DNA of 63,592 nucleotides, filler included, from Octopus bimaculoides (Eukaryota), in assembly GCF_001194135.2 (NCBI RefSeq). It is 5 parts of 5 records of this genome, joined end to end, with 100 filler letters (N's around TTAATTAATTAA, not from the genome) between each part and the next. Parts side by side here need not be neighbours in the genome. Positions count along the whole stretch, not along the records: positions 1 to 31,274 come from NC_068983.1; 4 more parts are not named here. One strand, 5' to 3'. Below are positions 13,768-27,460 of this stretch, in pieces (position 1 is the first letter of the stretch; each line of letters begins with the position of its first letter). A program made the translations under genes and the position numbers. The notes under the pieces were generated by a model. That model saw nothing but the letters and a program-made list of their open reading frames with translations, was not told where the DNA came from and ran no database searches.

Positions 13768-14900
13768 AGGTGGTTGATTGGTAAAGTCATTAGAGCACTG
13801 GATAAAACTACATTGTCATACTTGGTCTTGCTGTCACTGCTCTTGTGCTCTGCGTTCAAATCCCATCAAGGTCAAATTTACCTTTTAGGAGCAATAAATG
13901 AAGTACTAGTCCAGTATTGGTGCAGCCCTATATCCTTCCATCCCTCACATCTTGGATATTTTGTTGGGTCAATAATTGGGGAGTTGAAAAGGTGTCTATA
14001 TCTACTTGCAACTACCATGAGTATCAAGTATCTAAAGCAATTATCAGTTTCAAATTTTGGCACATGACCAGCAATTTCAGAAGAGGCATCAAATCAATTG
14101 AAATGACCCCGTTGCTCTACTGTTACTTAATTTATTGATCCCGAAAGTATGAAAGGCAAAGTTGACCCTGGCAGCATCAGAACTCAAAATGTAAAAACAA
14201 ATGAATTTAAAGTAATTATAGAAAACATATAGCAAGCTAACGAGCAATGCTATCTTAAGGCATGGGCACACTGGGTAGTTGCCCAAGGGCCTCACGAGTT
14301 TAGGGGCCCAATTCTAATCTAAGTATGTAGGTGGCTTGTTGTCAATGAATAAATACTATAAGGACCCACTGTATTGATTTGCTCGGGGGCCTATAAAGCT
14401 GCTAAGATGGCTCTGCTAATGAATCATCTTTGATTGATTGACAATATGCTAGTTAATAATAATGGATATTAGATATTTGTTTCAAATATTGGTGCAAGGC
14501 CAGCAATTTTGGGGAAAGGGCTAAGTCGATTACATTGATCTCAGTGTTCAACTGGTCCTTATTTTATCAACTCCAAAAGGATGAAAGGCAAAGTTAACCT
14601 TGGTGGAATTTGAACTCAAAACATAAAGATAGATGAAATGCTGCTGAATCTTTTGCCTGGAGTGTAAATGCTTCTGCTTGCTCACCACCTTATTGGATAT
14701 TGAATATTGGCAGTGGGTTGGCAGAATCCTCAGTATACTGGACAAAATGTTTTCAGGCATTTCTTCTGGCTCTTTACATTCTGAGTCCAAATACAACCGA
14801 GGCCAACTTTTGCTTTCATCCTTTAGGGTCTGTAAAATTGGGGCTGATGTAATTAACTTTCTGCTTCCCCTCAAAATTGCTTGTCTTGTGTCAAAATTAG
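13768..14900. mobile_element. Cluster of four SINE family A copies in alternating orientation
   Basis: ~13768-14000 (+), ~14050-14200 (-), ~14480-14690 (-), ~14703-14900 (+); all carry a variant of the ggcaaagttgacc / tttgcctttcatcc core. Confidence 0.7.
14245..14415. mobile_element. hAT (Tip100-like) MITE with 8-bp TSD
   Basis: TIR caatgctatcttaa / gctaagatggctctg; flanks ctaacgag / ctaatgaa; internal gggccc motifs. Confidence 0.65.
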
Positions 14901-15911
14901 AAAGAAATTATATTGGATATGTGTTTGTGTGAAATGGCTGTGTGTGTGTGTGTGTGTGAAGGAGGTTGTGTGTGTGTATGAAGGGGTTGTGTGTGTGTAT
15001 GTGTGTGTATGAAGGTGTGTGTGTGTGTGTGTGTCTGCATAGGTTTAGAAAGTGGTGTTGAAGATACATAAAATGTAAGAAGCAGCCAGAAAGCAAGTAT
15101 GAGGAACAAATATAAGAGGTGACATGGTGGCACACTGAAGGGGTGCTACACTGAATTACATGGCTAAATGTAAAAAGCAGATAACACATCAATCTTTTAT
15201 AGAGCAAAGATATAATGGACAAATGACATACATGTATTATTACATGACTAAATGTAACAAATGGCTGTTACATTATGTCACAAGAAGAAATGTCTCACAC
15301 ATCTAAAATACAAAGATTAGATGATATATCACATGACCAGCAGATAAGAGAAGACAACATAATGTTATAAAGTTAATGTTTGTCTGTTTATATGTTTATG
15401 ACATGTCATAGTTGCAATGCCATTTTTTTAAATGTTAGTTGTATATTAAATATAATTGAAGATACCTGTTGGGAAAGTAAAAAGAATATAGTGTTGTTTG
15501 TTGTTGTTGTTAAGAGTGTACAGTTACCTCATAAATTTATAAATATATATTTCAAAATACTAATTTCTCTGTTCTCAGACATACATTATTCTGAAAAATA
15601 CATCATAATCTCTCTCTTTTCATCATTCTCAAGGCACCTAATTATAATGGGTGTTGGTCGTTTTCAATCCCTACATTACAGATGTCTCTATTTCCAGACA
15701 GTATCATCATCATCATCATCATCATTATCTCACCACCACCTCCATGATGATGATGATGATGATGATCATCATCATCATCATCATCATCCCCCCCCCCACC
15801 ACTGTCATAACCATCATTGTCATCACCATTTTTATTATCTCAGTAGTCTTTCTTTCACAGTTAAAAGTCAAATATAGCTGTGTAACCTTGGGTGTGTGCT
15901 ATGTTTTCCAA

Positions 15912-15944
<33 letters not shown>

Positions 15945-16410
15945 GTGTGTGTGTATGTGTGCGTGGGTGTGTGTGTATGTGTGCATGTGTGCCTATTTTC
16001 TATTGTTTAGTGCCTAGCATTGTTATGTTGTGTTCTGTACGTTGTGTGTTCTACATACGCCCCAATAATTTGGTTATGCATTTATTTGCTTATTTTTTTT
16101 TATAACTCCCAAGGCACCTCCTATTATGGGAATTGTTTCTGTTTTCAGTTGTTACATTCTGGTTATCTCTATTTTTAGATCTTTCACTCACACCTTATAA
16201 TGATGTCCTTTGCTCCACTGCTGTCACAACATTTGTGTGTTTAACACCATGGATCGGTTTCAGGTGAGACAACTTTTCCACAGATCAAGGGATCATGCAT
16301 GTAACAAAACACATGAAAGCACATAATATATAATTTAATTATTATGTATCTGATACATCATCATTATCATTATTTAGCAACCATTTTCCATGCTAGCATT
16401 GGTAAGATGG

Positions 16411-16460
<50 letters not shown>

Positions 16461-16999
16461 GAGTGAGAGAGCAGTGCATGCCATCAAAGTGACACTGGGG
16501 TACAAATATACGAAGCCCAGTACACCCATCATAACTACCTGTCTGATGAAGGTACACCAGGCACATGCATCACAACTATATGTGCATAACATGGTGATCT
16601 CATTTCAAGATAAACAGCACATGACTTTGTAGGTGGGGCCCAGTTAGAATTTTCTTCATGTCAAGTAGCCCATCCCACTCAAATGGTCTCTGAATAAAGG
16701 TTGTTTAGGGATGCTGAACGAAATACTCATATTTTCAGAGGTGAATTATTCAAACCCCAAAGAATCCCTCTCAACACATAGCTATGATACTCCTCCACTA
16801 CTCCTGCTCATGATCAGAGATGCACATATTGTCAGCTATCAAGGGACATGCTCAACTGGTTATGGTCAAACAACTGACAAGCAAATCTGTGGTATTGAGC
16901 AGAATATTTGCTGTAGCCCATCTTTTATAGTAAGACAAAGCATGTACATGATAACACTTTCAATCAGTTAAGATCAAAAGCCATGAGAGCCAGTGCCTG

Positions 17000-17002
<3 letters not shown>
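16461..17002 (-). mobile_element. ~540-bp non-coding (TAA)n-embedded element D, copy 1
   Basis: Reverse-complement homolog of 37242-37781; (TTA)n on both flanks. Confidence 0.9.
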
Positions 17003-17058
<56 letters not shown>

Positions 17059-17085
17059 TATTATCATTATTATTTTTATTATTAA

Positions 17086-17450
17086 GGTGGCGAGCTGGCA
17101 GAATTGTTAGCATACTGGGCAAAATGCTTAGTGGCATTTCATTCGTCTTTACGTTCTGAGTTCAAATTCTGCCAAGGTTGACTTTGCCTTTCAGGGTCGA
17201 TAAAATAAGTACCAGTTGAACACTGGGGTTGATGTAATTGACTAGTCCCCTCCCCCAAATTTCAGGACTAGTGCCTATAGTAGAAAGGCTTAATATTATC
17301 ATCATTATTATTATTATTATTCCACTGAGGTTGATTTTGCCTTTCATCCTTTCGGGATTGATAAATTAAGTACTAGTTGAGTACTGGGGTCAATATAATT
17401 GACTGTCCCCCTTCCCCAAATTCCAGGCATTTTGTGTATAGTAGAAAAGA
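17086..17450 (+). mobile_element. SINE family A, one full copy plus one 3'-half copy
   Basis: ggtggcgagctggcagaattgttagc...gagttcaaattc head; second core at ~17325-17450. Confidence 0.85.
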
Positions 17451-17699
17451 TTATCATCATTATTATTATTGCAATAGAACTCTCCTTAAATGCCTCAAAA
17501 TACCTAGGTATACTGCTTTATGTTCTAAATCCAAATCCCAAAGTTGGCTTTGCTTTTCTTTCTTCCAGAGTTGATATAATAAGTACCAGTAATTAGTGAT
17601 ACATTTCATTTACTTTATTCCTTTCTCAATAAATTTAGGCCTTTCGTGCCTATGTAGAAAATGAATGGGGGTAGTTAGAAGTTATACTGATGATAAAGC

Positions 17700-17960
17700 T
17701 GAAGTTGGTGACGATTGGGTGAAAATGACAATGATGATGATGATGATGATAGTGTGGGAGGAGGAGGAGGAGGAGAAGAAGAAGGAGAAGAAGAAGAAGA
17801 AGAAGAAGAAGAAGATGGTGATTGATGGTAGCGATAATGATGATGGCAATGATGATGATGATGTTCGGGATGATGGTGGGGATTACAAGGACAATAGTTA
17901 TAATGATATATTGATATTGTTGATGATAATATATTGCTAAAGCTACCAGTGGTGGTGGTA
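17700..17960. repeat. GAT/GAG/GAA trinucleotide low-complexity tract
   Basis: Direct reading. Confidence 0.9.
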
Positions 17961-20925
17961 GTGATTGTGTTAACGACAATTATGATAGTGATGGAGATAA
18001 GAAGTGAAAGAGACCGACAGGAGATAGAGGGTGGCCAATTAAATTAGATGAAGGAAGAGAGTAATAAAGAAGGAATAGAAGGTGATCGGACGGGGCAGAG
18101 AAGGTCAAGAAACCAAATAGAGGATTAAAGAAGATAGGAAATAAAAGAAGCAGGAAAGTAGGGGGGAAGGGGACAAAAAAAAAAAAGAGAATAAGGATAT
18201 GGAATAACAGTGAATACCAAAAACCAAAAATCATTGATTCTATTGAATATTTTTAAAGCTGAGCAATTCTAGCCAGCAGCCTGATCTAAAAAGTCACCAA
18301 AGATAATCAATAAAATCAGCTAAATAGAATATGATATAAGTTCCAGGAACATATTTTCCTGGTAACTATCAGCTATCAGCTGATATCCAAAGCTGACTTA
18401 TTCCACTTGAAGTAATCATGTAAACAGCATACAATTTCTGAGACATAAATAGTTTGAATTCTTCAAATTTGTGTTAGATTACTTTTACGTTTTGCTACTG
18501 GTAAACATTTATTACACTACAAAGTAAACTCTATTGCACTATAAATACCAACGACTTCTTTTTATGCTGTAGAAACAGCAAAAGCATATACCATAGGAAT
18601 ATATATTATTTTACATGAAAAGGCTTATTTTTTCATGTCTCTCAAGTATTCATATCATCAAACTTTCTATATGTACTCAGTAGTAAGCAAAATCTGTAAT
18701 TTTGAGATTTTGTGATTTTGTAATTTTGTGTGTGTTTATACAGGATATGAGCATGATGTTTTTGTAAAGTTATTGCTATCAAAAAGTCACCAGTCTGCAG
18801 ATGTAATGGCTTCTGGTTCTTCAATTATAAAGTTAAATGTTTTCCATAATTTTTGACGATTATGTTTAGTTGTTTGATCAGTTCAACAACCAACTCATTG
18901 AATCAACATGAAAATGGTTAAGTATTTTACAGACACACCTATCTTTCATGCGATTCCTGGGTAGAATCAGTATGACACAGTGTGTGACAAGCTTGGACCT
19001 TAAAATTACAGGTATAATCCCTCCGGTTAGCTTCCACACAATTTCTGCTAGCACAATTTCACTCATAAGACTTGAATTGACCTGAGGTTACAGTAAAAGC
19101 TACTTACCTAAGATACCACTTGGTGAGCTTGAACCCAAGGCTTTATAATTTCAAAACAAACTTCTTAACCATTCAGCTGTGTTACAACTACAGTCCAAGC
19201 ACATGCCTCAGATAGTGACTTGATAAAACAGCAATTTGGTGGTCAAGATGCTGCAGTCATTGCTTGAGATGCTCTCCTAGAACCTGACTCAAAGAAGCAG
19301 TTACTTTTGCTATACAGATCATGTTTGAACAAACTTATGATCAAAAAAATTTCAACCATGGCCATCCTATTCTGTTTTTCATGCATAGTGTACCATAGAC
19401 TACATTATCCAAGAGGTGTTTTTTTAAGGGTGTGATTTGGAGATTTTACTGCTGTATCTTGCACTAAACAACTATTTTGAGACATTCATGCCAACTTGTG
19501 CAAGTAGTGTTGTTTCATAGATAATATCATTAAAATATGCCTATCAAAATGTTTTACAATACCATATGGTTAAGTAATTTCAGGAATCCAAAGCAGCTGT
19601 TCTTCAGAGAACTGTAATGAAGGTGGTACTGTTAACTTGCTGCTTGGTTCTTTATTGAAATTCATTCTGTTGCATGTATTATGCTTGTGTTTTTCTTGTG
19701 GACATTGGTCTGCAAACATTAAGGTTGGGCAAGAGCAATATCAGTCTCACTAATGTAGGAGTGGGAGCTGGAAAAGTCATGAGCACTATCTTTTCTTTTC
19801 TAGTTTACTTTTCAGAAAAATAAAGTTTTCAGAAGATTGAGAAAATACTCCTAAGATTGCTAGACTTCTACCCTGAAACTTTTCTTGATGTTTGGAAGGA
19901 AGCTTGGAGGAAAGAGTGATAGTGTTTAGAATATATTATAATATTTGAATATTATAAGTGAGACTAAGACAGTGGAACTCAGTGAAAGCTGTGCCATCAA
20001 AATGTAAATGCAATTTCAATTCATTTATTTTAATCACAAAATTACAGCAAATTGCAGTGTATAAACGGATAAAGCAAAGAGTTGGGTTAAAGGGTTTGAG
20101 AAAAGGACTAAAACTGGCAGTAGAGTTTCAAGAACTCCTAAGTGTGGTTCTTATAACTGAAATAACAAGACAACAATAACAACAACAAAAAAGCAGCTTT
20201 CATATGCTCATCAGAATCTATATTATCGCCATGGCAATGTAAGTGTTGGGAGAATAGCGTATGATAATGATAATAGTGCAGCTTACATACTTTTTATCTT
20301 CTAGTCTGTTAAACATATACTTTAGTTCAAAACAAAAATTGTCTATCAAATGGATGTTGTTTTTAGTCAGAAAAAGCTAAAATTTGTGAAATACTGATCT
20401 CATATTATTACTTGAACATGTTGAAAGCATTAAATAGATAAATAATTAATTTACATATTTATGTTTAATATCTCCTGCCTTTGGCATATTTCCCACATCA
20501 GAAGTACTGGGGCATCAACTAATCTCATTCTTTTCTTTTAATGTACGTCCTTGTGCTCAAGTTTGAAAAATCTTTTAAGTCTTTGTGTTAAAGTGAGAAA
20601 TCAATACCTGAAGTGAATTCTTTAAAGCTTTATATGTGAATTCTTTAAAGTTTTCTTCTAATTGTCATGTTATTTATTAAACAAGAAAAAATTTCCAGCT
20701 TCTGGACATGTTCCATCAGGAAATAATGGGATCTCAGTTTTAGAGGAAGCATTACAGTTAAAGCTATAAGAATTTATTTTTGAAACTTGCATTGATCATC
20801 TATGTAATTTAATACATATGTAGAGCCATCTTAATTTCTGCTAAGTTTGGAATGTTATTTGAAGTATTGTTTGAAAATAATAACTGAATAACAGTAAATT
20901 GTTGTTAATCTGGTGATTGTGAGGG

Positions 20926-20959
<34 letters not shown>

Positions 20960-21884
20960 GGTACTGCTGCTGTTGTTGTTGTTCATTGTAATGTGGTACT
21001 GGTGTTGCTCATGTTGGTGGTGTGTAACAAATGCTTTTATACAGAGTTAGTCAACCAAACATCTAGAAGTGACTTACTGAACCAAAATACAAAATATGTC
21101 ATGATGTTCTCTAGCCTGGAACCAGACTGTATCTTCTATCATCCTGTAATTGATTGTAACAAATATAATGTGATCTAGATAGGCTTCGTTTCCACTCAGT
21201 ACACAATGTTTGCAGAGTTGGGTGGTGATGACAGCATTAACAATACAGGCAGAGTTGGGGGATGATAACAGAGATAATATAATGATGGATAATACTAATT
21301 TGCTATCTTTGTCATTAAAGTGTCTGCTTCTCTATTCTACCATGGACCAGTAAAAAAGAAAAGTCCACACATTTTGTTTGTCACAATCCTAATGTCATTT
21401 CATTTATGAAGCACAACATTCTCAGATTTGATATCATCACTTCTTTCTATGTTTTCTGTTCTCTATTCTCAACTCTCTGTGTGTTTTCAGTTATCAGTAT
21501 TAACTTCTACTTAGCATTTTTTTTTTACTCATCAGATATCATCCTTTCATAGTATGCATATATCTGTATAGCCAACTCTCCTACACACATCAACAGGTAG
21601 ATAAGACTCTAAAATTAGTAGGTTAATGCTGATCAACATCATATATAAATCAGGTTTGAAAATAGTATATAAGATATTGTATTTTCCAGTATATAAATCA
21701 AATTTTTGCTGACCAAAATTTTCAGCCCAAAAAATGGCAGGTCATCATATACCCCAAGATGACTTTGGAGGACCAAAAATTCTGTGTTAAATGCAGCAGG
21801 ATTTGGAAAGATAGTGATATTTGAATGTTTACACATGTTTACACTATATACTACATCGGTCTTCTTGAGTATGTGGTGCATTGC

Positions 21885-22157
21885 TGTACTTGAGAAGACC
21901 CACCCACCAAAACAGAATTGAGATCTTAAAAACTAAGGTGCCACATAGAAAGCATTGGTGATGGTGCCATGTAAAAAGCACCCAGTACACTCTGTGGAGT
22001 GGTTGACATTAGGAAGAGCATCCAGTTAAAGAAACCAAATCAAAACAGAATATGGAACCTGGTGTGGCCCCTGACCTTGCCTGTTCCTGCCAAGCCATCC
22101 AACCCATGCCAACATGGAAAACAGACGTTAAATGATAATGATGATGATGATGATCAG
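21885..22157 (+). mobile_element. RTE-type 3' tail / SINE
   Basis: ggttgacattaggaagagcatccag ... caacccatgccaacatggaaaacagacgttaaa then (GAT)n. Confidence 0.7.
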
Positions 22158-23523
22158 TATGATAGAAAATATAGTACATATAGCAAGGAAAGAAGAATTA
22201 ATATCTTTATGGAAAAATAAACTTTCAATTTCTATGCTTTCATAACTTTGCTACAGTGCTAAATTACATTCATTTAAGTTTTTCAATAATACAGAGCTAC
22301 CACAACCTCCTTAAATAGTTTGTACCTAGCTTTAATAACTGCTTTATCCTAAGAATCTCTTAAATGTATTCAATAGTAGAAAATTTACAAAAAAAAAAAA
22401 AAAAAAAAAAAAAAAAGAAAAACGAAAAGAAAATCAGTGATGACTAAACATGCTGCTCACCATTTGATAAAGCTGTGTATATCCATTGCATTTTATGCCT
22501 AGATACTTTCTTAACTCATGCTTAACTCACTTGCAATCAGTCTTTCATGTAAATTAATATTGTGCATTCAATTAACTACATTCAACTCATCATATCAATT
22601 CATTCTTCTCAAGCCAATGCAGATGCTCCTCCACATCTTTTTATCATCATCACCGTTTTATCATCATTATCGTCGTTATCATTGTCGACGTCGTCATTGT
22701 CATCGTTATCATCATCCTCTTAGTGCCTAATTTTTTTGTTTGCATAGGCTACATGGAATTCGGTGAAGTAGATTTTCTATGACCTTGTGCTCTTCTAGTT
22801 ACCTATTCTCCCGGATTTCCAAGCAAGATAATATTTCCCCACAACTACACATACTTCCATGGAAGATTGGAAACAAATGACACTGCTTTTATGATGGGAA
22901 CACTAATTTGCAGCTATATGAAGAAAAAGAGGCACAAACACACACATATTTATATATATATATATAAACTGATGTAAGATCCAAAGATCGAGATGTAGGA
23001 AGAAATTAGCTTCAAGCAATCCATAGTAAATATATAAACCACCTTTCAGAAACAATAGTTGTTTGTTGAGGTAGAAGGTTGTGGATTTTCCTGTATTGAA
23101 GTACGATAAGTTGGAAAAAATTCTTTTTATATTTCTGTACCTCTTTGTGACAATGTAAACTTTCATTTAATCAAGATACCCTTGACCTGATGAGTAGCCT
23201 GCAGCATACACCTCACTTGGCTATTTACCACTTCTGAGGTTCTGCTTGCTATGAAACATTTGTAACCTGGAACTTACCTACTCCAATCCTTAACTCTTGC
23301 ATGTATATATATATATAAGATATTGGTATCTAGAAGACCCAAAGAGTGGCAGGTAATACTAAATGCTAAGGACAGACCATAGTTAAACTTTTGGTTCAAT
23401 CATGATACGAGTGAGGAGTTTAATGTAGGGCATGTATTAGCCTGCATATATATTAGACAAGAACAGATAACAAAGCTAAGGCTGTGAGGAGTTTTCAGGA
23501 CCATTTATAAGGAAAGAGATATA

Positions 23524-23562
23524 GTCTTACAGCTGTTTCTGGGATATCCCTTCATCAGAGGC
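23524..23562 (-). ncRNA. Minimal hammerhead-ribozyme-like motif (PLE pLTR)
   Basis: gcct-CTGATGA-a-GGGATATCCC-a-GAAAC-agct-GTA-agac. Confidence 0.6.
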
Positions 23563-24346
23563 AATGTGAGAGAGGTTTGAGTTCGAAATAAGGAAATCAT
23601 TATGGAAAAGGAGATAGGGAGAATAGAGGGAAATAAGAGAATGAAAGTAGAAATAACATAAAATATTGTCATTGCAGTTCCATTATTCGAATAAAGTGGT
23701 GTATAGAAGTGATAAAAAAGTTTCCTGTACATGGTATATAAGTTCTTATAGTAGTTCATGTTTAGTCATTTCAAAGTGTGGAACTGAGGATTCTGTGTTG
23801 CCCATTCGAAGGGGTTTTGTGGTGTGAATAAAAATTTGAGAATGTATTGGTAGTATTTGTGGACAAAAATAAAAAGGATAAAAGAGTAATGATAATAAAA
23901 AGAGAGAGAAAAGAAGAGGGAGAGAGAAGAAATAATGAAGAAAGGGTGACAGAGGTGAGAAAAGAAGTGTTAGTTGGTGGTCAAGATAATGTGAGGGGCT
24001 GGGAGAAGAGTGGGGGAGGGGTGGATAGGAAGAGATGGGAAGGTAATGAGCGAATTAGTGTGAGATATATGGGTAGGGGTGATATGATAGGGCTGTATTA
24101 AGGGATGGGTAGAGAAAAGGTATGGATGGGGTGATACCAAGGTAAATAGTAGTTTTAGTAATAAAATTCAAAGTGGAGGGAAGAATACAAGGATGTCAAA
24201 ATTTCTATAAATAGATGTATGAGATAAGTTGTTGTGATAGGTAAGAATCAGAGAGGAGGAATGAAGGTATGACATACGTATGCTCGCACCCACATACATA
24301 TACATGTGTGCATATGCATACATACATATACACACATACATATTGT

Positions 24347-24643
24347 TGGCACTCCGTCGCTTATGACGTCGAGGGTTCCAGTTGATCAGATCAACGGAAC
24401 AGCCTGCTCATGAAATTAACGTGCAAGTGGCTGAGCACTCCACAGACACGTGTACCCTTAACGTAGTTCTCGGGGATATTCAGCATGACACAGTGTGACA
24501 AGGCTGGCCCTTTGAAATACAGGCACAACAGAAACAGGAAGTAAGAGTGAGAGAAAGTTGTGGTGAAAGAGTACAGCAGGGTTCACCACCATCCCCTGCC
24601 GGAGCCTTGTGGAGCTTTAGGTGTTTTCGCTCAATAAACACTC
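24347..24643 (-). mobile_element. tRNA-derived SINE family C, cut by gap
   Basis: Reverse complement of 59248-59629. Confidence 0.9.
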
Positions 24644-25720
24644 NNNNNNNNNNNNNNNNNNNNNNNNNNNNNNNNNNNNNNNNNNNNNNNNNNNNNNNNN
24701 NNNNNNNNNNNNNNNNNNNNNNNNNNNNNNNNNNNNNNNNNNNNNNNNNNNNNNNNNNNNNNNNNNNNNNNNNNNNNNNNNNNNNNNNNNNNNNNNNNNN
24801 NNNNNNNNNNNNNNNNNNNNNNNNNNNNNNNNNNNNNNNNNNNNNNNNNNNNNNNNNNNNNNNNNNNNNNNNNNNNNNNNNNNNNNNNNNNNNNNNNNNN
24901 NNNNNNNNNNNNNNNNNNNNNNNNNNNNNNNNNNNNNNNNNNNNNNNNNNNNNNNNNNNNNNNNNNNNNNNNNNNNNNNNNNNNNNNNNNNNNNNNNNNN
25001 NNNNNNNATATATATACATGCATGTACCCACATTCATATACATACATACATAAAAATACATGCACATACATTTACACACACACATGTATCTGCTTGTTTG
25101 TCCAAATATGTAGTATTAAATGATCACGATCCTTGAAGTAAGAGAGGGGAGTTAAAGAATTAAAGATTAAAAATTAAAATGGAGATAAGGGAAAGTTAAG
25201 TAGGGTTCTTGGGAATTACCTAAGGGATGTTGTGGATATAAGCTGTGTGGTTATTTAGGTTGCATCTAGATTTGTGGTAAAATTTGAAGGTATGTAAAAA
25301 GTGGTGGTTGCATGAACCTAAGGCTTCATTATATTTATTCAGTAGTTTCGAGGAGTTGTGTTTTAAAAAGTGGAATGCCTCTTTTAGGCATAGCTTACAG
25401 GTTAAGTGTTGACCTTGGTATGGAAGCCCTGAATCTATTATGGACCATGACAAAATGTAGGGAATATTTCTATTTTTGAGATGATGTATGTGACTAGCGA
25501 GTGTTGTGGATTTACTGTGTTTCTCATATCTAAAAGAATTGGGATGAGCGGCATCTCACTGTTAAAATTTATGGTTGACTCTATATATACAGCTGTAGGA
25601 TTGTGTAATGTGTTGAGGACAGTGCATTTATAAATTACGTAAGAATTACATTACAATGGGTTTGTAGAGGGCAGATGGATGTAGGACGGGTTGAACTCAA
25701 ACATTTACCTCTCTCACATC

Positions 25721-25768
25721 GCCTCTGATGAAAGGATATCTATGATATCCCAGAAACAGCTGTAAGAC
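25721..25768 (+). ncRNA. Hammerhead-like motif, second pLTR copy
   Basis: gcct-CTGATGA-aa-GGATATC-tat-GATATCC-ca-GAAAC-agct-GTA-agac. Confidence 0.6.
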
Positions 25769-25835
25769 TATATCTCTTTCCTTATAAATGTTCTGAAAAC
25801 TCCTCACAGCTTTGACTTTGTTATCTGTTCTTGTC

Positions 25836-25874
<39 letters not shown>

Positions 25875-25927
25875 GAATAGAGATGTGTTTATGTGTTTAT
25901 ATATGAATATAGATGTGTTTATTTACA

Positions 25928-26282
25928 TGGCACTCCATTTGTTATGACGACAAGGGTTCCAGTTGATCCAATCAACAGAACAGCCTGCTCGTGAAATTAA
26001 CAGACACATGTATCCTTAACATAGTTCTCAGGGAGATTCAGCATGACACAGAGTGTGACAAGGCTGGCCCTTTGAAATACAGGTACGATAGAAACAAGAA
26101 GAAAGAGTGAGAGAAAGTTGTGGCGAAAGAGTACAGTAGGGTTCACCACCACCCCCTGCCAGAACTTTGTGGGCTTTAAGTATTTCCGCTCAATAAACAC
26201 TCACAACACCTTTGCTGGGAATGGAAACCATGATCCTATGACGGTGAGTGCACTACCCTAACCACTGGGCCACTGTGCCTCC
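25928..26282 (-). mobile_element. SINE family C, CpG-decayed
   Basis: Collinear with 59248-59629, with CG>TG/CA changes and an internal deletion. Confidence 0.85.
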
Positions 26283-26284
26283 AT

Positions 26285-26318
26285 ATATATATGCATACAT
26301 ACATACATACATATATAT

Positions 26319-26360
<42 letters not shown>

Positions 26361-26436
26361 TGTATGTATGTATGCATATATGGTGTATGTGTGTGCATGT
26401 ATATATGTGTGTGTGTATGTATATATATATATATAT

Positions 26437-26473
<37 letters not shown>

Positions 26474-26830
26474 NNNNNNNNNNNNNNNNNNNNNNNNNNN
26501 NNNNNNNNNNNNNNNNNNNNNNNNNNNNNNNNNNNNNNNNNNNNNNNNNNNNNNNNNNNNNNNNNNNNNNNNNNNNNNNNNNNNNNNNNNNNNNNNNNNN
26601 NNNNNNNNNNNNNNNNNNNNNNNNNNNNNNNNNNNNNNNNNNNNNNNNNNNNNNNNNNNNNNNNNNNNNNNNNNNNNNNNNNNNNNNNNNNNNNNNNNNN
26701 NNNNNNNNNNNNNNNNNNNNNNNNNNNNNNNNNNNNNNNNNNNNNNNNNNNNNNNNNNNATGTGTGTGCATGTATATATGTGTGTGTGTATGTATATATA
26801 TATATATATATACACACACATACATACACA
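26285..26830. repeat. TA/CA compound microsatellite with gap 26474-26759
   Basis: Direct reading. Confidence 0.9.
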
Positions 26831-27460
26831 CAGTAAACCTCTATCTGTTTTGAACTACCAACTTCCCACACAAGGATTTGGTCAACCCAGGGCTACAGTT
26901 GAAGACAATTGGCCAAAGTGCCATGTAGTAGAACTGAACCCAGTACCCCATGACTAGAATGCAAACTTCTTAACCACAAACCCATAAATATTTCAGTTTT
27001 TTTTTTTGTTTTACAGTGGCAATTTTTACTTTAAGCAAATTCTATTATTTGACTTCAAATACCTGAAAGTGATTAAAGTTATATTATTACTTTTTTTAAA
27101 TTGCTTGAAATCACCCAAAAATTACTTGTGAGATAGTAACTTGTCTGAAACAGTCACTTAGTAAATCTAGAGATACATTGTTGTTTGACCATCAGTGACC
27201 GATGAATGAACTGTCTGGGGAAGAGTTAATGAAAGATAATTCGAAGTCAAAGGTATTTTATTGAAGGCTGGTACGTTCTTTAAATGTCTCCCAACAGAGT
27301 CAGGCACTTATATCAGATTTTAAGCTCGATTAATTAATGTTTGAAATTGTTGTTTGACATATTATATGAAATTGCTAATATAAATTGGATTGCTGCCAAA
27401 AATGAAGAACATCAAACAATTACCTCATGCAACTCAGATGGCAGTTTCTTTTCTTTTTAG

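Larger units (their letters stand above)
23455..25836 (-). mobile_element. Penelope-like element: GIY-YIG C-terminus, 3'UTR and inverted pseudo-LTRs
   Basis: ~25150-25690 (-) encodes VIYKCTV...YEKHSKSTTLASHIHHLKNRNIPYILSWSII...CKLCLKE. 23455-23584 is an inverted repeat of 25693-25836. A SINE C copy and a gap interrupt it. Confidence 0.8.

Noticed and set aside
19584-19753. + strand frame SCSSENCNEGG plus hydrophobic tail resembling a Ly6/GPI terminal exon
   Set aside because: Weak acceptor, no upstream Cys-rich exons found, and an equally plausible minus-strand frame overlaps it
21676-21770. Possible pogo/Tc2-like MITE end
   Set aside because: Too decayed; no matching second TIR found
23240-23285. 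CTGAGGT...GAAAC-attt-GTA hammerhead-like motif
   Set aside because: Core A9 is mutated and stems I and II do not pair
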